Virus record (IMG/VR): IMGVR_UViG_3300009159_000084
Location: 1 to 56,816 of that record
Source of the DNA: a virus
Lineage: Duplodnaviria; Caudoviricetes
Strand: one strand, 5' to 3'
Length of the DNA: 56,816 nt
A program made the translations under genes and the position numbers. The notes under the pieces were generated by a model. It saw nothing but the letters and a program-made list of their open reading frames with translations. It ran no database searches and had not been told where the DNA came from. Positions 45,244 through 55,334 of this stretch are shown one piece after another. Numbering within the stretch: position 1 is the first letter of the stretch; the number at the start of each line of letters is the position of its first letter.

Positions 45244-45367
45244 GTTTCTACCGTAGACTTACCGTGTAGTTGATCGTACCCCAAGTGGGTCCAATCCGTC
45301 GCTACATTCGTGGCCCTAGTGGTCCCTGAGGCGGTGCGGATTCCGCGCTGCCTTCAGGGAGGAAACC

Positions 45368-45541
45368 GTGCCGTACAAGGTACTTACCGGACTGTCATAT
45401 CCGCCAGACAAGAACGCTGAAGTTGGCGATGTCGTCAACGATCTTCCACCTACCTCAGTCAAGTGGCTCCTTGATCAAGGACACATTGAGGCACTCGGCG
45501 ATACGCCCGCGCCTTCCAACAACAAAAAGGATGGTGAGTAA
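45368..45541 (+). CDS. Small structural-region protein
   Basis: YKVLTGLSYP..GDVV.DLP..SVKWLL.QG.IE; RBS GGGAGG. Confidence 0.6.
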   Translation: MPYKVLTGLSYPPDKNAEVGDVVNDLPPTSVKWLLDQGHIEALGDTPAPSNNKKDGE

Positions 45542-46257
45542 TGGCCTTCCGCCACGGAAAGAGCGCGGCTGTTTTCTACAACGGCACCAATTTGACGAGT
45601 TACCTCAACGAGGCATCCGTCAGCAACTCAGTCGAAACGGCTGAAACCACAACTTTTGGCAACGACGCTAAGACCTACGTCACCGGCCTGAAGGACGGCA
45701 CGATCAGCGCCGCAGGCATGTTCGATGGTTCTGCCAGCGCTGTTGATCAAACTCTCACAAACACCCTTGGCGCTACCGCAGCGGACGTAATCACCTACGC
45801 ACCTGACGGCGCTGTTATTGGTCGCCGGTCATACTCAGCCGCAGTGCGTGAGACTTCATACGAAGTAACTTCTCCTGTTGGCGATGTCGTGGCAGTTAGC
45901 CTTGAAGTACAGGCCGATGGTGGAGTTAACCCGGGTTACCTTTTGGGTGCGGCGACCACCGTTGCCGCTTCAGGTGTCGGTACCTCAATCGACAACACCA
46001 CATCAAGCACAGACGGAGTCGGATACGTTCACTTCTATTCAAACAGTCGAGATGGCTCAAGCACGTTCAAGGTGCAGCACTCATCCGACAACTCAACCTT
46101 CGTTGATCTGATTACGTTCACAAGCGTGTCAGCGTCAACGACGGGCGGCGAGAGAATTGCCGTCTCAGGTGCGGTCAACCGTTATGTCCGCGCCTCGCAC
46201 GTCCCCGGAGGAACTTCCGGGTCAGTCACCTACACAATGGCGTTTGCCCGGAAGTAA
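45541..46257 (+). CDS. Tail tube-like protein with C-terminal beta domain
   Basis: Paralogue of 46272 (ETAETTTFGND.KTY.TGL.D) plus KVQHSSDNSTF.DL..RYVR domain. Confidence 0.7.
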   Translation: MAFRHGKSAAVFYNGTNLTSYLNEASVSNSVETAETTTFGNDAKTYVTGLKDGTISAAGMFDGSASAVDQTLTNTLGATAADVITYAPDGAVIGRRSYSAAVRETSYEVTSPVGDVVAVSLEVQADGGVNPGYLLGAATTVAASGVGTSIDNTTSSTDGVGYVHFYSNSRDGSSTFKVQHSSDNSTFVDLITFTSVSASTTGGERIAVSGAVNRYVRASHVPGGTSGSVTYTMAFARK

Positions 46258-46271
46258 GAAGGAGTATCACA

Positions 46272-46700
46272 ATGGCATTTGTTCACGGTAAGAAGGCCGT
46301 ATTCAAGATCGACAACTCAGCAGGCACCCCTACTGACATCAGCGCATACTGTGAAGAGGTCAGCCTCTCTCGCAGCATTGAGACCGCTGAAACCACCACG
46401 TTCGGTAACGACTCAAAGACTTACATCACCGGTCTTACCGATGCCACCGTTAGCCTGAGCGGCAAGTTTGATGCAGCAAACGCATCTGCTGTCGACGCAG
46501 TGCTGACCGGCATCCTCGGCTCGGCTTCAACCGTGTCGTGGGCGTACCGCACCAGCAGCGCATCAACCAGCACATCCAACCCTGAGTACCAAGGCGAGGG
46601 CATCCTCACCTCATACGAAGTGGCTGCAACTGTGGGTGACGCTGTGACCTTCAGTGCTGAACTTCAGGTCTCGGGTGCTGTTACCCGCGCCACCGCATAA
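46272..46700 (+). CDS. Major tail tube protein
   Basis: MAFVHGK, ETTTFG, G..LTSYE...VGD.V.FSAELQVSG. Confidence 0.8.
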   Translation: MAFVHGKKAVFKIDNSAGTPTDISAYCEEVSLSRSIETAETTTFGNDSKTYITGLTDATVSLSGKFDAANASAVDAVLTGILGSASTVSWAYRTSSASTSTSNPEYQGEGILTSYEVAATVGDAVTFSAELQVSGAVTRATA

Positions 46701-46760
46701 GGTTTCACTTAGCAGTATCAATCGTGGGCCTTTGTGCCCCCTTACGGAAGTGAGTACCAA

Positions 46761-47132
46761 GTGTCTCTACGCGACAAGATCCTCGCAGCGGATGACATCC
46801 AATCCGAGGCAGTGGAAGTCCCTGAATGGGGCGTCACTCTTGAGGTTCGCGGCATGAACGGTGCAGACCGTTCCCGCATCCTTGAGGCCGCTTCTGCCTC
46901 GGACGACGGCAAGATCAGTATCGGCAATATGTATGTCGAGACTGTGATTGCAAGCACCTACGACCCGGAAACGGGTTTGCGTGTGTTCTCAGAAAATGAT
47001 CGTGATGCACTCATGGGTAAGAGTGCTTCAGCGATTGACCGTCTAGCAACGGTAGGTATGCGCCTATCAGCGATGGATGGGAAAGCGACGGACACCGCGA
47101 AGGTGACGTTTCCTGAAGAATCCGCATCGTAG
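46761..47132 (+). CDS. Tail assembly chaperone (G)
   Basis: LRDKILAADD..E.VEVPEWG..VRGM. Confidence 0.8.
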   Translation: MSLRDKILAADDIQSEAVEVPEWGVTLEVRGMNGADRSRILEAASASDDGKISIGNMYVETVIASTYDPETGLRVFSENDRDALMGKSASAIDRLATVGMRLSAMDGKATDTAKVTFPEESAS

Positions 47133-47301
47133 GTTTCTGTTCGAGTTAGCCGAAAAACTAGGTAGGACAGTCGGTGAACTCTTGTATGGCTCAGGTTCTC
47201 ACCGGCCGATCTCTTCGTTTGAATTGACGGAGTGGTCGGCCGTGTGGGAATTGAGAGCGTATGAGCAAGAACAGGCAATGAAGAAAAGATCAAGAAAGTA
47301 A
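47110..47301 (+). CDS. Tail assembly chaperone frameshift extension (T)
   Basis: +1 frame FLKNPHRRFLFELAEKLGRTVGEL..ISSFELTEW; no ATG start. Confidence 0.65.
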   Translation, partial: FLKNPHRRFLFELAEKLGRTVGELLYGSGSHRPISSFELTEWSAVWELRAYEQEQAMKKRSRK

Positions 47302-47316
47302 CTTGGAGGTGGCGAC

Positions 47317-50300
47317 GTGGCTCAGGTAACTGTAACCGCGCAGTATGTTGCCGACACTACCTCGTATGTTAATAACGTACGCAAGGCCACGGACGCCACC
47401 AACTCTTTTGCAGCATCATTACCCAACGCGGCACGTTCTCAAGACGCTGTTAAAACATCAACAATTGCTCTCGGTACAGCGATGGGCACTCTTGGCGCTT
47501 CAGTTCTTGCTAAAGCCGCTGCCGCTGTAAAAAACTTCGCTATGCAGGGCATTCGCGCTGCTGCTCAATATGAACAAACCGTAATTTCCATGAAAGGAAT
47601 CTTCCAAGGTTCCGGCATGGACGTGCAGGAGGCTGCAAAGAAAACCGAATCCTACCTCGGTGAATTGCGTGACTTCGCTGCCAAGACTCCGTTTGAATTA
47701 CCTCAAACCCTTGACGCTGTTAAGCGACTTCTATCTATCGGCTATGCCGCTGACGATGTAAAAGACCGTTTGCTGCCTGCCATTGGTGACATCACTTCCG
47801 CCCTCGGCCAACCTGCTTCAGCAATTAACGGTGTGGTGTATGCGTTTGGACAGATGAAATCTGCTGGACGTGTCATGTCTCAGGACTTGATGCAGATAGG
47901 TAATCAACTTCCCGGCTTTAACGCAAAAATGACCCTTACTAAGGAACTGTTCAACGGTGACGTTGGGGCGATGGCTAAGGCGATGGAGTCCGGGTCTTTG
48001 GATTCGACTAAGGCTATTGACGTTTTGATTGAGGGAATGAAGAAATTCCCGGGTGCTGCCGGCGCTATGGAACGTCAATCTAAATCGCTTAATGGTGTTA
48101 TCTCGACGTTTAAGGACACAGTAAACAATGCGTTGATTGATGGCATCATGCCGGCAATTCCGGCTTTGTCTGGAACGCTTGAGGGTCTTATCCCACCGGT
48201 TGAGGCTGCAGCAAAAGCCTTTGGCGATAACCTTGGTCCATTGTTGATTCAAGCCGCTGAAATTATGAGCGCGTTTGGTCCTATTGTTACTGCCGTTATT
48301 CCTCCTTTGATGCAATTGACTTCGGCCACCGGTGGTATCACCGTAATTTTGAAGGCCCTTTCTCCGGTCATTGTTGCCGCCGGTAACGCCTTGGGGATTA
48401 TTGCTAGTGCGTTTAACATTTTGCCGGGACCAATCAAGGACGCTATCGGTGTCATGATTGCCTTGCGTTTAATCATGTTCAAACTAAATGTTGATGCAGC
48501 AAAAATGTCGGCAGGAATGACTGCGGCCTTTGCCAAAATTTTCATGGTATTCAAAATGACAATGAATGGCATGAAAACCCAAATGATTGCGTCTACAACG
48601 CAAATGGGTGCTTTGGGTGCTGCCGCTAAATTCCTTGGCATGGGAGTAGTAAATTCGTTCCGCACCATGGTTATTGCTGCTAAATCATTTATGGTTTCTC
48701 TTGGCCCTATAGGCTGGGCATTGATTGCCGCTTCTGCCGCAATGGAATTCTTCATGGGCAAGAGCGCCGCTACCGATGCCGCCGTGTCTCAGTTGAAAGA
48801 AACTATTGACGCTACCACCGGAGCACTCAATGAAATGGGTGTGCAATACATATCTTCTGAGTTCCGAACCAATATTAGTCAAGAAGATTTAGACATTCTT
48901 AAAAAGTACGGCATCACCATGGAAGAAATGATTGCTGCAGCCGATCAGGGCGGCGATGCTATGGAATCATTTAAGACCAAAATGGCCGGAATAGATGCTA
49001 AAGATTTTGGTTTGCTCTCGGCAACGATCATGGATCCGGTTAAAACTATTCAAAATACTGTCGAAGGTATGAACGAGTATGTTACCGCTGCTAGAGAAAA
49101 GTCTGGTATCGATAAACAAGCCGCTAGAGACGCAAAATCTTACACAGGTGCTTTAAGCGGTCAAACTGCTGAGGTAAAAAAATCTAATACTGAAATTTAT
49201 CTTGCCGCTGTTTACGCAAGACGAGGCACGGATGCTACGCAGGTTTTAACAACTGCAATTAATGGTGCAACGTTTGCTTACAAAAAGTTTAATGACACGT
49301 TGAGTGTTCAAGAGCAATGGGATAACGCAATAAGTTCAAGTAATGATCTTGCTGACACCCTGAAAAAGAATGGTCAGCAGTTTGATAACACCACAAAAAA
49401 GGGTCTTGAAAATCGTGCTGCTATTCGTGACACGGCTAAGGCTTGGATTGAGTACGCTGATGCTGCTAACGATCCGATTATTAAACAGAAACGTCTTGCT
49501 GAGGGTGAAGCGGCAATGCGTAGAGCGCTTAAAGGTAAATTTGATTCTAAGGAACTTGGTGTTGTTCAAGCGTTTAAGAATGCACAGAAAGAAACTAATC
49601 TCGGTGCTGATGCTTGGGATAAGGAAAAGAAGGCGGCGTCTGGCGCGGGTATTGATGTTGGAACAAACTTTGTTAACGGTATTGCTGAAGCATTAAAGGC
49701 CAAGAAGCAAGAAGTGGAAACCGCTGCTGGCGAGACCGGTACAGCAATGCTTACCGGTGCTAATAACGCTATCGCTGCTAAATCTCCTTCTCGTGAGGCA
49801 ATGAAAGTTTCCGGTAACTTTATTGACGGCATCGTGGTTGGCCTTAAAGCCCGTACAGGTTTGGTACTTAAAGGAAGCGCGGCAGTTGGTCAAGAACTGT
49901 TGGCCGGTGTTAAGGATGCCCTGAAGTCCGGAGGAAATATTTCGGGTTTGCTTTCCGGTGTGTTTGGTTCAATGCCTGAAATTCCTACCCCGCTTGAGGC
50001 TGCTCTTGGTAAGAAGGGTGCGGAGAGTTACCTGAAGAAGCATAAGAAGGAACTTTCTGCATTGCAGCAAGCCTTTGGTGATATGGACAAACTTAACGAG
50101 ACCATGAAGACAGCGAAGGCTGCTTTGATGGAGATCGGTGACGCAAGCAAGCAGATTTCTGGCGTGTACAGGGGTGCGACTCTCACTGAGGCCGGTTCGG
50201 ACATTATTAGTGCGCTCGGTAAAGAGGGCAATCTTTCGAGTGCGATGTCGATGCTCGCTCAATTGGGCGCATCGGCTGACGCTGCTTATGATTCTTTGAT

Positions 50301-51813
50301 TTCTGTTGCTAAGGGTGGGCAGAAGAAGGCGCTTGTCGGTGGGAAGAACGCGACAAGCAAGTATGTCGAGGCGATGAAGAGTGAAGTCGCTGGTTTGATG
50401 ATTCGCCGTCAGGAAATTGAAACTGCTCTTGGCGCTATCGAGAAAACCTACAACGACAAGACGGACGCTATCGCTGCCGCTTACGATCCGTTGGAGAAGG
50501 CCGCTGAAAATAGTTTGAAGTCGTTGAAGGATAAGTGGGATGCCGCTATTCCTCCGTTGGAGAAGGCTCTTGAGGCCGCTAATGCCGCATTCGATAAAGA
50601 GAATGAGGTATTGAAGACTCTGATTTCTGATCGTGATTCATTCTTGAAGAGCATTGGTGACGGTTTCCGTTCGTTTGCGAACAATCTATCTAATACCACG
50701 AAGTCTGTAATTAAGATCACTCAGGATCTTGGTAACGGGATGACGTTGACTACCGATAAGGAAGTCACTGACGCGAGTTCATTCCGCACAAATCTTGAAG
50801 ATCGCCTCGCTTCGATCAGGGAATTTGGCGCGAACATCCGTAGCCTGCTTGCGCGTGGTCTTGATGCTTCGCTTGTTAAGGATTTTGTTTCTGCGGGTGT
50901 TGATTCTGCGGGTTCGACTGTTGCCGCTCTTGCGGGTTCTGCTGATTCTGAGTTGGCTGCTATCAATGCCGCTCAGACTGCTCTTGCTGCTGAAGTTTCT
51001 TCGTTCCAAAGCACTGCCTCGGCTCAGTGGTTTAATGCGGGTATCGCTCAACAGGAGGCTGTGGTTGCTCCGTTGCGTGCCGCTGCTGCTGCTGCTCAGT
51101 CCGCTCTGGATCTTGCTACGCAAACTCGTGACAGGGAGTTGAAAGATACTCAGGCTCATTTGGATGCGTTGAAGGCTGCCCGTGAGACTGAACTTGCGTC
51201 CGCTTTGTCTGATTACAATAATCAGAAGGTTGTGTTGCAGGCGGAAATGAACGCAATTGATAGTGATCTTGCTACTCGTGCCGCGAGCATTCAGAAGTAC
51301 TTTACTGATTTGATGGACCCTAAGACGGGTCTTCCTCCTCAGATGCTGTTGGTCGGTAAGGCCGCTATGAATGGTCTTATTGCGGGTATTGATTCTCGTA
51401 AGGATGCCGTGTTGGCGTCGGTGCGGGCTATCGCTACCGCCGCCAAGGTCGAGATGGAGAAGGTGTGGTTAATCAATTCGCCTTCTCGTGTGGCCGCGAC
51501 TATTGGTGAGCAGATCGCTGATGGTTTGATTCAGGGTCTTGCGGGCAGTGAAGGCGCCGTACGGGCCGCTGCTAGTAGCCTTGCAGCAAACGTCATGCTC
51601 CCTACCGATGTGCCGTCTATGACCTCTCTAGCCCCTTCAATGGGTGCCATGGGAATCTCTAGCGGTGTTGGTGGCGGGGTCATGATCCAAAACAGTTACG
51701 AGGTCAACGTGCAGTCGCTGGCAGGAGATAAGCGTCAGATTGGTCGTGAGGTAGTTGAGGCTATCCGCGCCTTTGAGCGCACCTCAGGCCCTGTCTACAT
51801 GCCGGCAGGTTAA
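47317..51813 (+). CDS. Tape measure protein
   Basis: 1498 aa; FAAKTPF, hydrophobic middle, SPSR motifs, coiled coils. Confidence 0.92.
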   Translation: MAQVTVTAQYVADTTSYVNNVRKATDATNSFAASLPNAARSQDAVKTSTIALGTAMGTLGASVLAKAAAAVKNFAMQGIRAAAQYEQTVISMKGIFQGSGMDVQEAAKKTESYLGELRDFAAKTPFELPQTLDAVKRLLSIGYAADDVKDRLLPAIGDITSALGQPASAINGVVYAFGQMKSAGRVMSQDLMQIGNQLPGFNAKMTLTKELFNGDVGAMAKAMESGSLDSTKAIDVLIEGMKKFPGAAGAMERQSKSLNGVISTFKDTVNNALIDGIMPAIPALSGTLEGLIPPVEAAAKAFGDNLGPLLIQAAEIMSAFGPIVTAVIPPLMQLTSATGGITVILKALSPVIVAAGNALGIIASAFNILPGPIKDAIGVMIALRLIMFKLNVDAAKMSAGMTAAFAKIFMVFKMTMNGMKTQMIASTTQMGALGAAAKFLGMGVVNSFRTMVIAAKSFMVSLGPIGWALIAASAAMEFFMGKSAATDAAVSQLKETIDATTGALNEMGVQYISSEFRTNISQEDLDILKKYGITMEEMIAAADQGGDAMESFKTKMAGIDAKDFGLLSATIMDPVKTIQNTVEGMNEYVTAAREKSGIDKQAARDAKSYTGALSGQTAEVKKSNTEIYLAAVYARRGTDATQVLTTAINGATFAYKKFNDTLSVQEQWDNAISSSNDLADTLKKNGQQFDNTTKKGLENRAAIRDTAKAWIEYADAANDPIIKQKRLAEGEAAMRRALKGKFDSKELGVVQAFKNAQKETNLGADAWDKEKKAASGAGIDVGTNFVNGIAEALKAKKQEVETAAGETGTAMLTGANNAIAAKSPSREAMKVSGNFIDGIVVGLKARTGLVLKGSAAVGQELLAGVKDALKSGGNISGLLSGVFGSMPEIPTPLEAALGKKGAESYLKKHKKELSALQQAFGDMDKLNETMKTAKAALMEIGDASKQISGVYRGATLTEAGSDIISALGKEGNLSSAMSMLAQLGASADAAYDSLISVAKGGQKKALVGGKNATSKYVEAMKSEVAGLMIRRQEIETALGAIEKTYNDKTDAIAAAYDPLEKAAENSLKSLKDKWDAAIPPLEKALEAANAAFDKENEVLKTLISDRDSFLKSIGDGFRSFANNLSNTTKSVIKITQDLGNGMTLTTDKEVTDASSFRTNLEDRLASIREFGANIRSLLARGLDASLVKDFVSAGVDSAGSTVAALAGSADSELAAINAAQTALAAEVSSFQSTASAQWFNAGIAQQEAVVAPLRAAAAAAQSALDLATQTRDRELKDTQAHLDALKAARETELASALSDYNNQKVVLQAEMNAIDSDLATRAASIQKYFTDLMDPKTGLPPQMLLVGKAAMNGLIAGIDSRKDAVLASVRAIATAAKVEMEKVWLINSPSRVAATIGEQIADGLIQGLAGSEGAVRAAASSLAANVMLPTDVPSMTSLAPSMGAMGISSGVGGGVMIQNSYEVNVQSLAGDKRQIGREVVEAIRAFERTSGPVYMPAG

Positions 51814-51816
51814 CCG

Positions 51817-53076
51817 ATGGCTGGTTTTGATCCACGGATTGACTACACAAATGCTTTCGCTTTTGATTCTGAGCGCCTGTATGACGGGTTTCATTATTTT
51901 GGCGATAACCCGGGGCCTTGGAAAGTAGAGATTGCTTTCGACCTTTCCGCTAACGGTGTCGGGAACTGGTTTACGTTAGATGATTCCGTTAAGGGTCTCC
52001 TTAACAATGCGACGTATCTGCTTGCGGGAGACATTTTCACTGACGTCACTCGGTGGGTTCGTTCTATTCAGATTCGTCGTGGACGTTCACGGCAGTTGGA
52101 AAAGTTTGTTGCCGGTCAGTGTGAAATTGTTTTTGATAACCGTGACCGTATTTATGATCCAACAATGCAGGGGTCACCGTTCTACGGATCCATCGTACCC
52201 CGTAAGCAAGTCCGTATTACTTACGATGGTTACCCCGTGTGGGCCGGAAATACACAGGACTGGGATTTTGATTACGATCTTCGTAAGAATGATGCGACCG
52301 CGATTATGCGTGGCCTTGACGGTTTTGCCTACATGGCTACTCAGTTAGTGGCGGCGCAAACTTTCACTACACAGTTGACGGGTGCTCGCATTAATACGGT
52401 TTTGACTCAACTGGGTTGGCCTTCGACGCAGCGTGATATTGATTCTGGTACCGCTTCAGTTGCCGCCGATACTGTGGCGACCGGTGGTACGAACGCTTTG
52501 GGGTATTTGCAGAAAGTGGAAACTTCACAAAATGGTTTGTTTTTCATGAATTCTGAGGGTCTAATCAGGTTTGTTGCGAACGCTAACGGTAACCCTACTG
52601 GTTTCATTGTGAGCCAAGACGCTATCGGCATGGTCGATTATGAAGTTGTATATGGCGCTGAAGAATTGTGGAATAAAGTCAACGTCACTTACTACAGTGG
52701 ATCCGTTGAGGCAACGGTCACGGCAAATGACACGATAAGCCAAGGCAAGTATGGCGTGTTTGAGTCAACCTACGACACGTTGCTTTCGGGTAGCGCCCAA
52801 TCTGCGAGTCTTGCTACGGCGTTGGTGACTAAATATTCTGAGCCCCGTTACCGTATCAATAAGGTTGTTTTTGATATGCGTGGACTTGATGTTTCTTCTA
52901 AGGCACAAGTTTTGTCTATGGAGATGGGTGACTCTTTGACGGTTGAATATACTCCTTCTAACGTTGGTGCCCCTTTGGATAGAGTGTGTTTGATTGACGC
53001 TATTGAACATCAGGCGAGTGCGGCTCCGTTGCGTCACACTGTCACGCTGGCTCTTACGGATCTTGGGGCCGCATAA
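51817..53076 (+). CDS. Minor tail protein
   Basis: F.LDD..G.L, I.RGRSR.L..F.AG...DN.DR; follows TMP. Confidence 0.75.
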   Translation: MAGFDPRIDYTNAFAFDSERLYDGFHYFGDNPGPWKVEIAFDLSANGVGNWFTLDDSVKGLLNNATYLLAGDIFTDVTRWVRSIQIRRGRSRQLEKFVAGQCEIVFDNRDRIYDPTMQGSPFYGSIVPRKQVRITYDGYPVWAGNTQDWDFDYDLRKNDATAIMRGLDGFAYMATQLVAAQTFTTQLTGARINTVLTQLGWPSTQRDIDSGTASVAADTVATGGTNALGYLQKVETSQNGLFFMNSEGLIRFVANANGNPTGFIVSQDAIGMVDYEVVYGAEELWNKVNVTYYSGSVEATVTANDTISQGKYGVFESTYDTLLSGSAQSASLATALVTKYSEPRYRINKVVFDMRGLDVSSKAQVLSMEMGDSLTVEYTPSNVGAPLDRVCLIDAIEHQASAAPLRHTVTLALTDLGAA

Positions 53077-53091
53077 TTATGAGGAGAAATC

Positions 53092-53457
53092 ATGACTAAC
53101 TTTATTTCGGGTACGGCGTTGACTGCTGCTGCTTTGAACTCCGCTTTTAATCAGTTGTCGATCAATGCCCAGACCGGCGCTTATACGTTGGTTTTGGCGG
53201 ATCAGGGGGGCGGTGTGATGGTCACTTCTTCATCGGCTAATGCGCTCACAATTCCCCCTAACTCTTCAGTGGCCCTTCCTGTGGGGACGACGGTGATTGT
53301 TGCTCAATTGGGCACCGGTATCACGACACTAACCCCCGGTGCGGGAGTGAGCATTGTTGGTACCCCCGGTTTGAAACTCCGTGCCCGTTATTCAGGAGCG
53401 ACACTTATTCAGACCGCTGCAAATACTTGGCTAGCCATTGGCGACCTCAGTGCCTAG
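53092..53457 (+). CDS. Minor tail protein
   Basis: INAQTG.YTLVL.D..TIPPNSSVA.P.GT..GDL. Confidence 0.7.
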   Translation: MTNFISGTALTAAALNSAFNQLSINAQTGAYTLVLADQGGGVMVTSSSANALTIPPNSSVALPVGTTVIVAQLGTGITTLTPGAGVSIVGTPGLKLRARYSGATLIQTAANTWLAIGDLSA

Positions 53458-53923
53458 TCCGGCTTTCTTCGCGGTCTTGAACGGTGGCAGCGGGGTCACG
53501 GCAACCAAACCGACGATGACATATACCTCGACGGGAACGTTTACGGTCACGAACTACGACAGCCAACTTGCGTACACGGCAGGCGGCACGGGTGCGATCT
53601 CAACAAGCACGTTCACGGTTTCGGCGACTACGGGTTCGGGCACGTTGTTTGCAACATCACCGAAAGGTTCTGCTGGTTCTACGACTACGGCCTACCGGCA
53701 GGCAGTCACACAGACCTTCACACAAACCGGCGACCCTTACGTTGACTATTCGCCTTCCCCTAACGGCGGCACCTACTACGCCACGAATCAATGGAATCCA
53801 ACCGACGGATCACCTGCCGGTTATTACGCGGTGATCACTCCGGGCTACTACACAAACGATTCCTACACTGGATCCGGTTACACCTTCAGTTCGACGTATA
53901 ATGAGTGGTATAAAATCGTATGA
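53450..53923 (+). CDS. Minor tail protein
   Basis: T/S/Y-rich ORF in tail module. Confidence 0.55.
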   Translation: MPSPAFFAVLNGGSGVTATKPTMTYTSTGTFTVTNYDSQLAYTAGGTGAISTSTFTVSATTGSGTLFATSPKGSAGSTTTAYRQAVTQTFTQTGDPYVDYSPSPNGGTYYATNQWNPTDGSPAGYYAVITPGYYTNDSYTGSGYTFSSTYNEWYKIV

Positions 53924-53947
53924 GAATTGAGCCTTTAGGAGCGCATC

Positions 53948-54991
53948 GTGGCAACTAACTACCCGGGCGCCATCGACTCTTTAACAAATCCGGCGTCCAC
54001 CGACCCGATGACATCACCGGCTCACGCCGCTCAACACTCTAACGCTAACGACGCCATTGAGGCTATCGAAACTATTCTAGGTGCATCCCCTCAATCTTCA
54101 GCGTCAACTGTGAGTGCCCGTATCGCCAGCATGGAAGCGTACATTCCTTCGATATCTGCGTCTGTCACTGCCGCTGCCCTTTCCGCTTCACAGGCTTCTA
54201 CCTCTGCAGCCGCCGCTGCTGCTTATGAGTTGAGTGCCTCGCAGTATTCCGCTTCAGCAAATACGGCCTACACCGCTACCGCTGCCCTATACGACACTTT
54301 CGATGATCGTTACTTGGGCGCCAAGGCTTCTGATCCCACTTTAGACAACGACGGCAACGCCCTAGCGGTCGGCGCTTTATACTTCAACACGGTTAGTAGC
54401 GTGATGCGTGTCTACACGGGGACCGTGTGGATTAACGCGGTCGATACGCCATACAACTGGTCCGGTCCTATCGCCATCTCGGCCTCTTCGGCGTCCCCTG
54501 CCTTACAGATCACGCAACTCGGTACCGGCGATGTTATTAAACTCCTCGACGAGGCCGGTGACACTAGCCCATTCGTGTTGACCGCTGCCGGTGCAATCCT
54601 CACCTACTCCGCAGTGACTGCTTCAGGTGCCTCAGGGCGCTTCCAAGGACACGGTGCTGTCACTCAATGCACCTCCTCAACACGTCCGGGTTCACCGCTT
54701 GAGGGCGACATTATTTACGAAACAGACACGGACCTGTTTTACGGCTACAACGGCGCGGCATGGGCTTCAATTGGTGGTGGATCTATCGCCTACCAAACCT
54801 CGGCGCCCACGGTAAACTTGTCGACAGGTACTCTATGGGTCGACTCGGATGGTTCTTCCGATGTAGTGAACGCTAACGACTACTACACAAAGACTTTAAC
54901 GTACGCTAAAACTGAAACCTATTCACAGGCCGAAGTCACTGCCCTCGTGGCAACGGCAGGCTACACACCGTTTTTCCTGATGGGAGCATGA
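53948..54991 (+). CDS. Tail fibre-like protein
   Basis: MATNYP..D..TNP, FDDRYLGAK..DNDGNAL, TRP..G..YETDT, PFFLMGA. Confidence 0.7.
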   Translation: MATNYPGAIDSLTNPASTDPMTSPAHAAQHSNANDAIEAIETILGASPQSSASTVSARIASMEAYIPSISASVTAAALSASQASTSAAAAAAYELSASQYSASANTAYTATAALYDTFDDRYLGAKASDPTLDNDGNALAVGALYFNTVSSVMRVYTGTVWINAVDTPYNWSGPIAISASSASPALQITQLGTGDVIKLLDEAGDTSPFVLTAAGAILTYSAVTASGASGRFQGHGAVTQCTSSTRPGSPLEGDIIYETDTDLFYGYNGAAWASIGGGSIAYQTSAPTVNLSTGTLWVDSDGSSDVVNANDYYTKTLTYAKTETYSQAEVTALVATAGYTPFFLMGA

Positions 54992-54992
54992 C

Positions 54993-55334
54993 ATGGCAAT
55001 TACTTACAAGCGCGTGGGCGCGGTTCAACCGGTAGGCACGATCACCACGGCGAGCACCCTATATCTTGCGGCTTCTGCCGCTGGTACGTCGTCCGTGCTT
55101 TCGACTGTTGTGATCTGTAACACAGCGTCGACTTCAGCAACGTACCGTCTAGGTGTATCTACTACAGCATCGTTTGAGACCACGGGTTACCTCGTGTATG
55201 GCGCCACTGTTAACGCCAACGATTCAGTATTCCTAACCCTAGGTGTGTCCCTTGATCCAACAAATCGTTACCTACTCGCAAGCACTTCAGCGAGTACCGT
55301 CGTGTTGAGCGCTTTCGGGGTGGAGAATTCCTAA
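54993..55334 (+). CDS. Minor tail protein
   Basis: YK..G..P..LY..ST..ICN..TYR..LTLG..SAFG.E. Confidence 0.65.
   Translation: MAITYKRVGAVQPVGTITTASTLYLAASAAGTSSVLSTVVICNTASTSATYRLGVSTTASFETTGYLVYGATVNANDSVFLTLGVSLDPTNRYLLASTSASTVVLSAFGVENS

Noticed and set aside
47079-47085. GGGAAAG lambda-type slippery heptamer in the tail chaperone
   Set aside because: It is in the wrong phase for a -1 slip, and a +1 slip here meets TGA at 47104.
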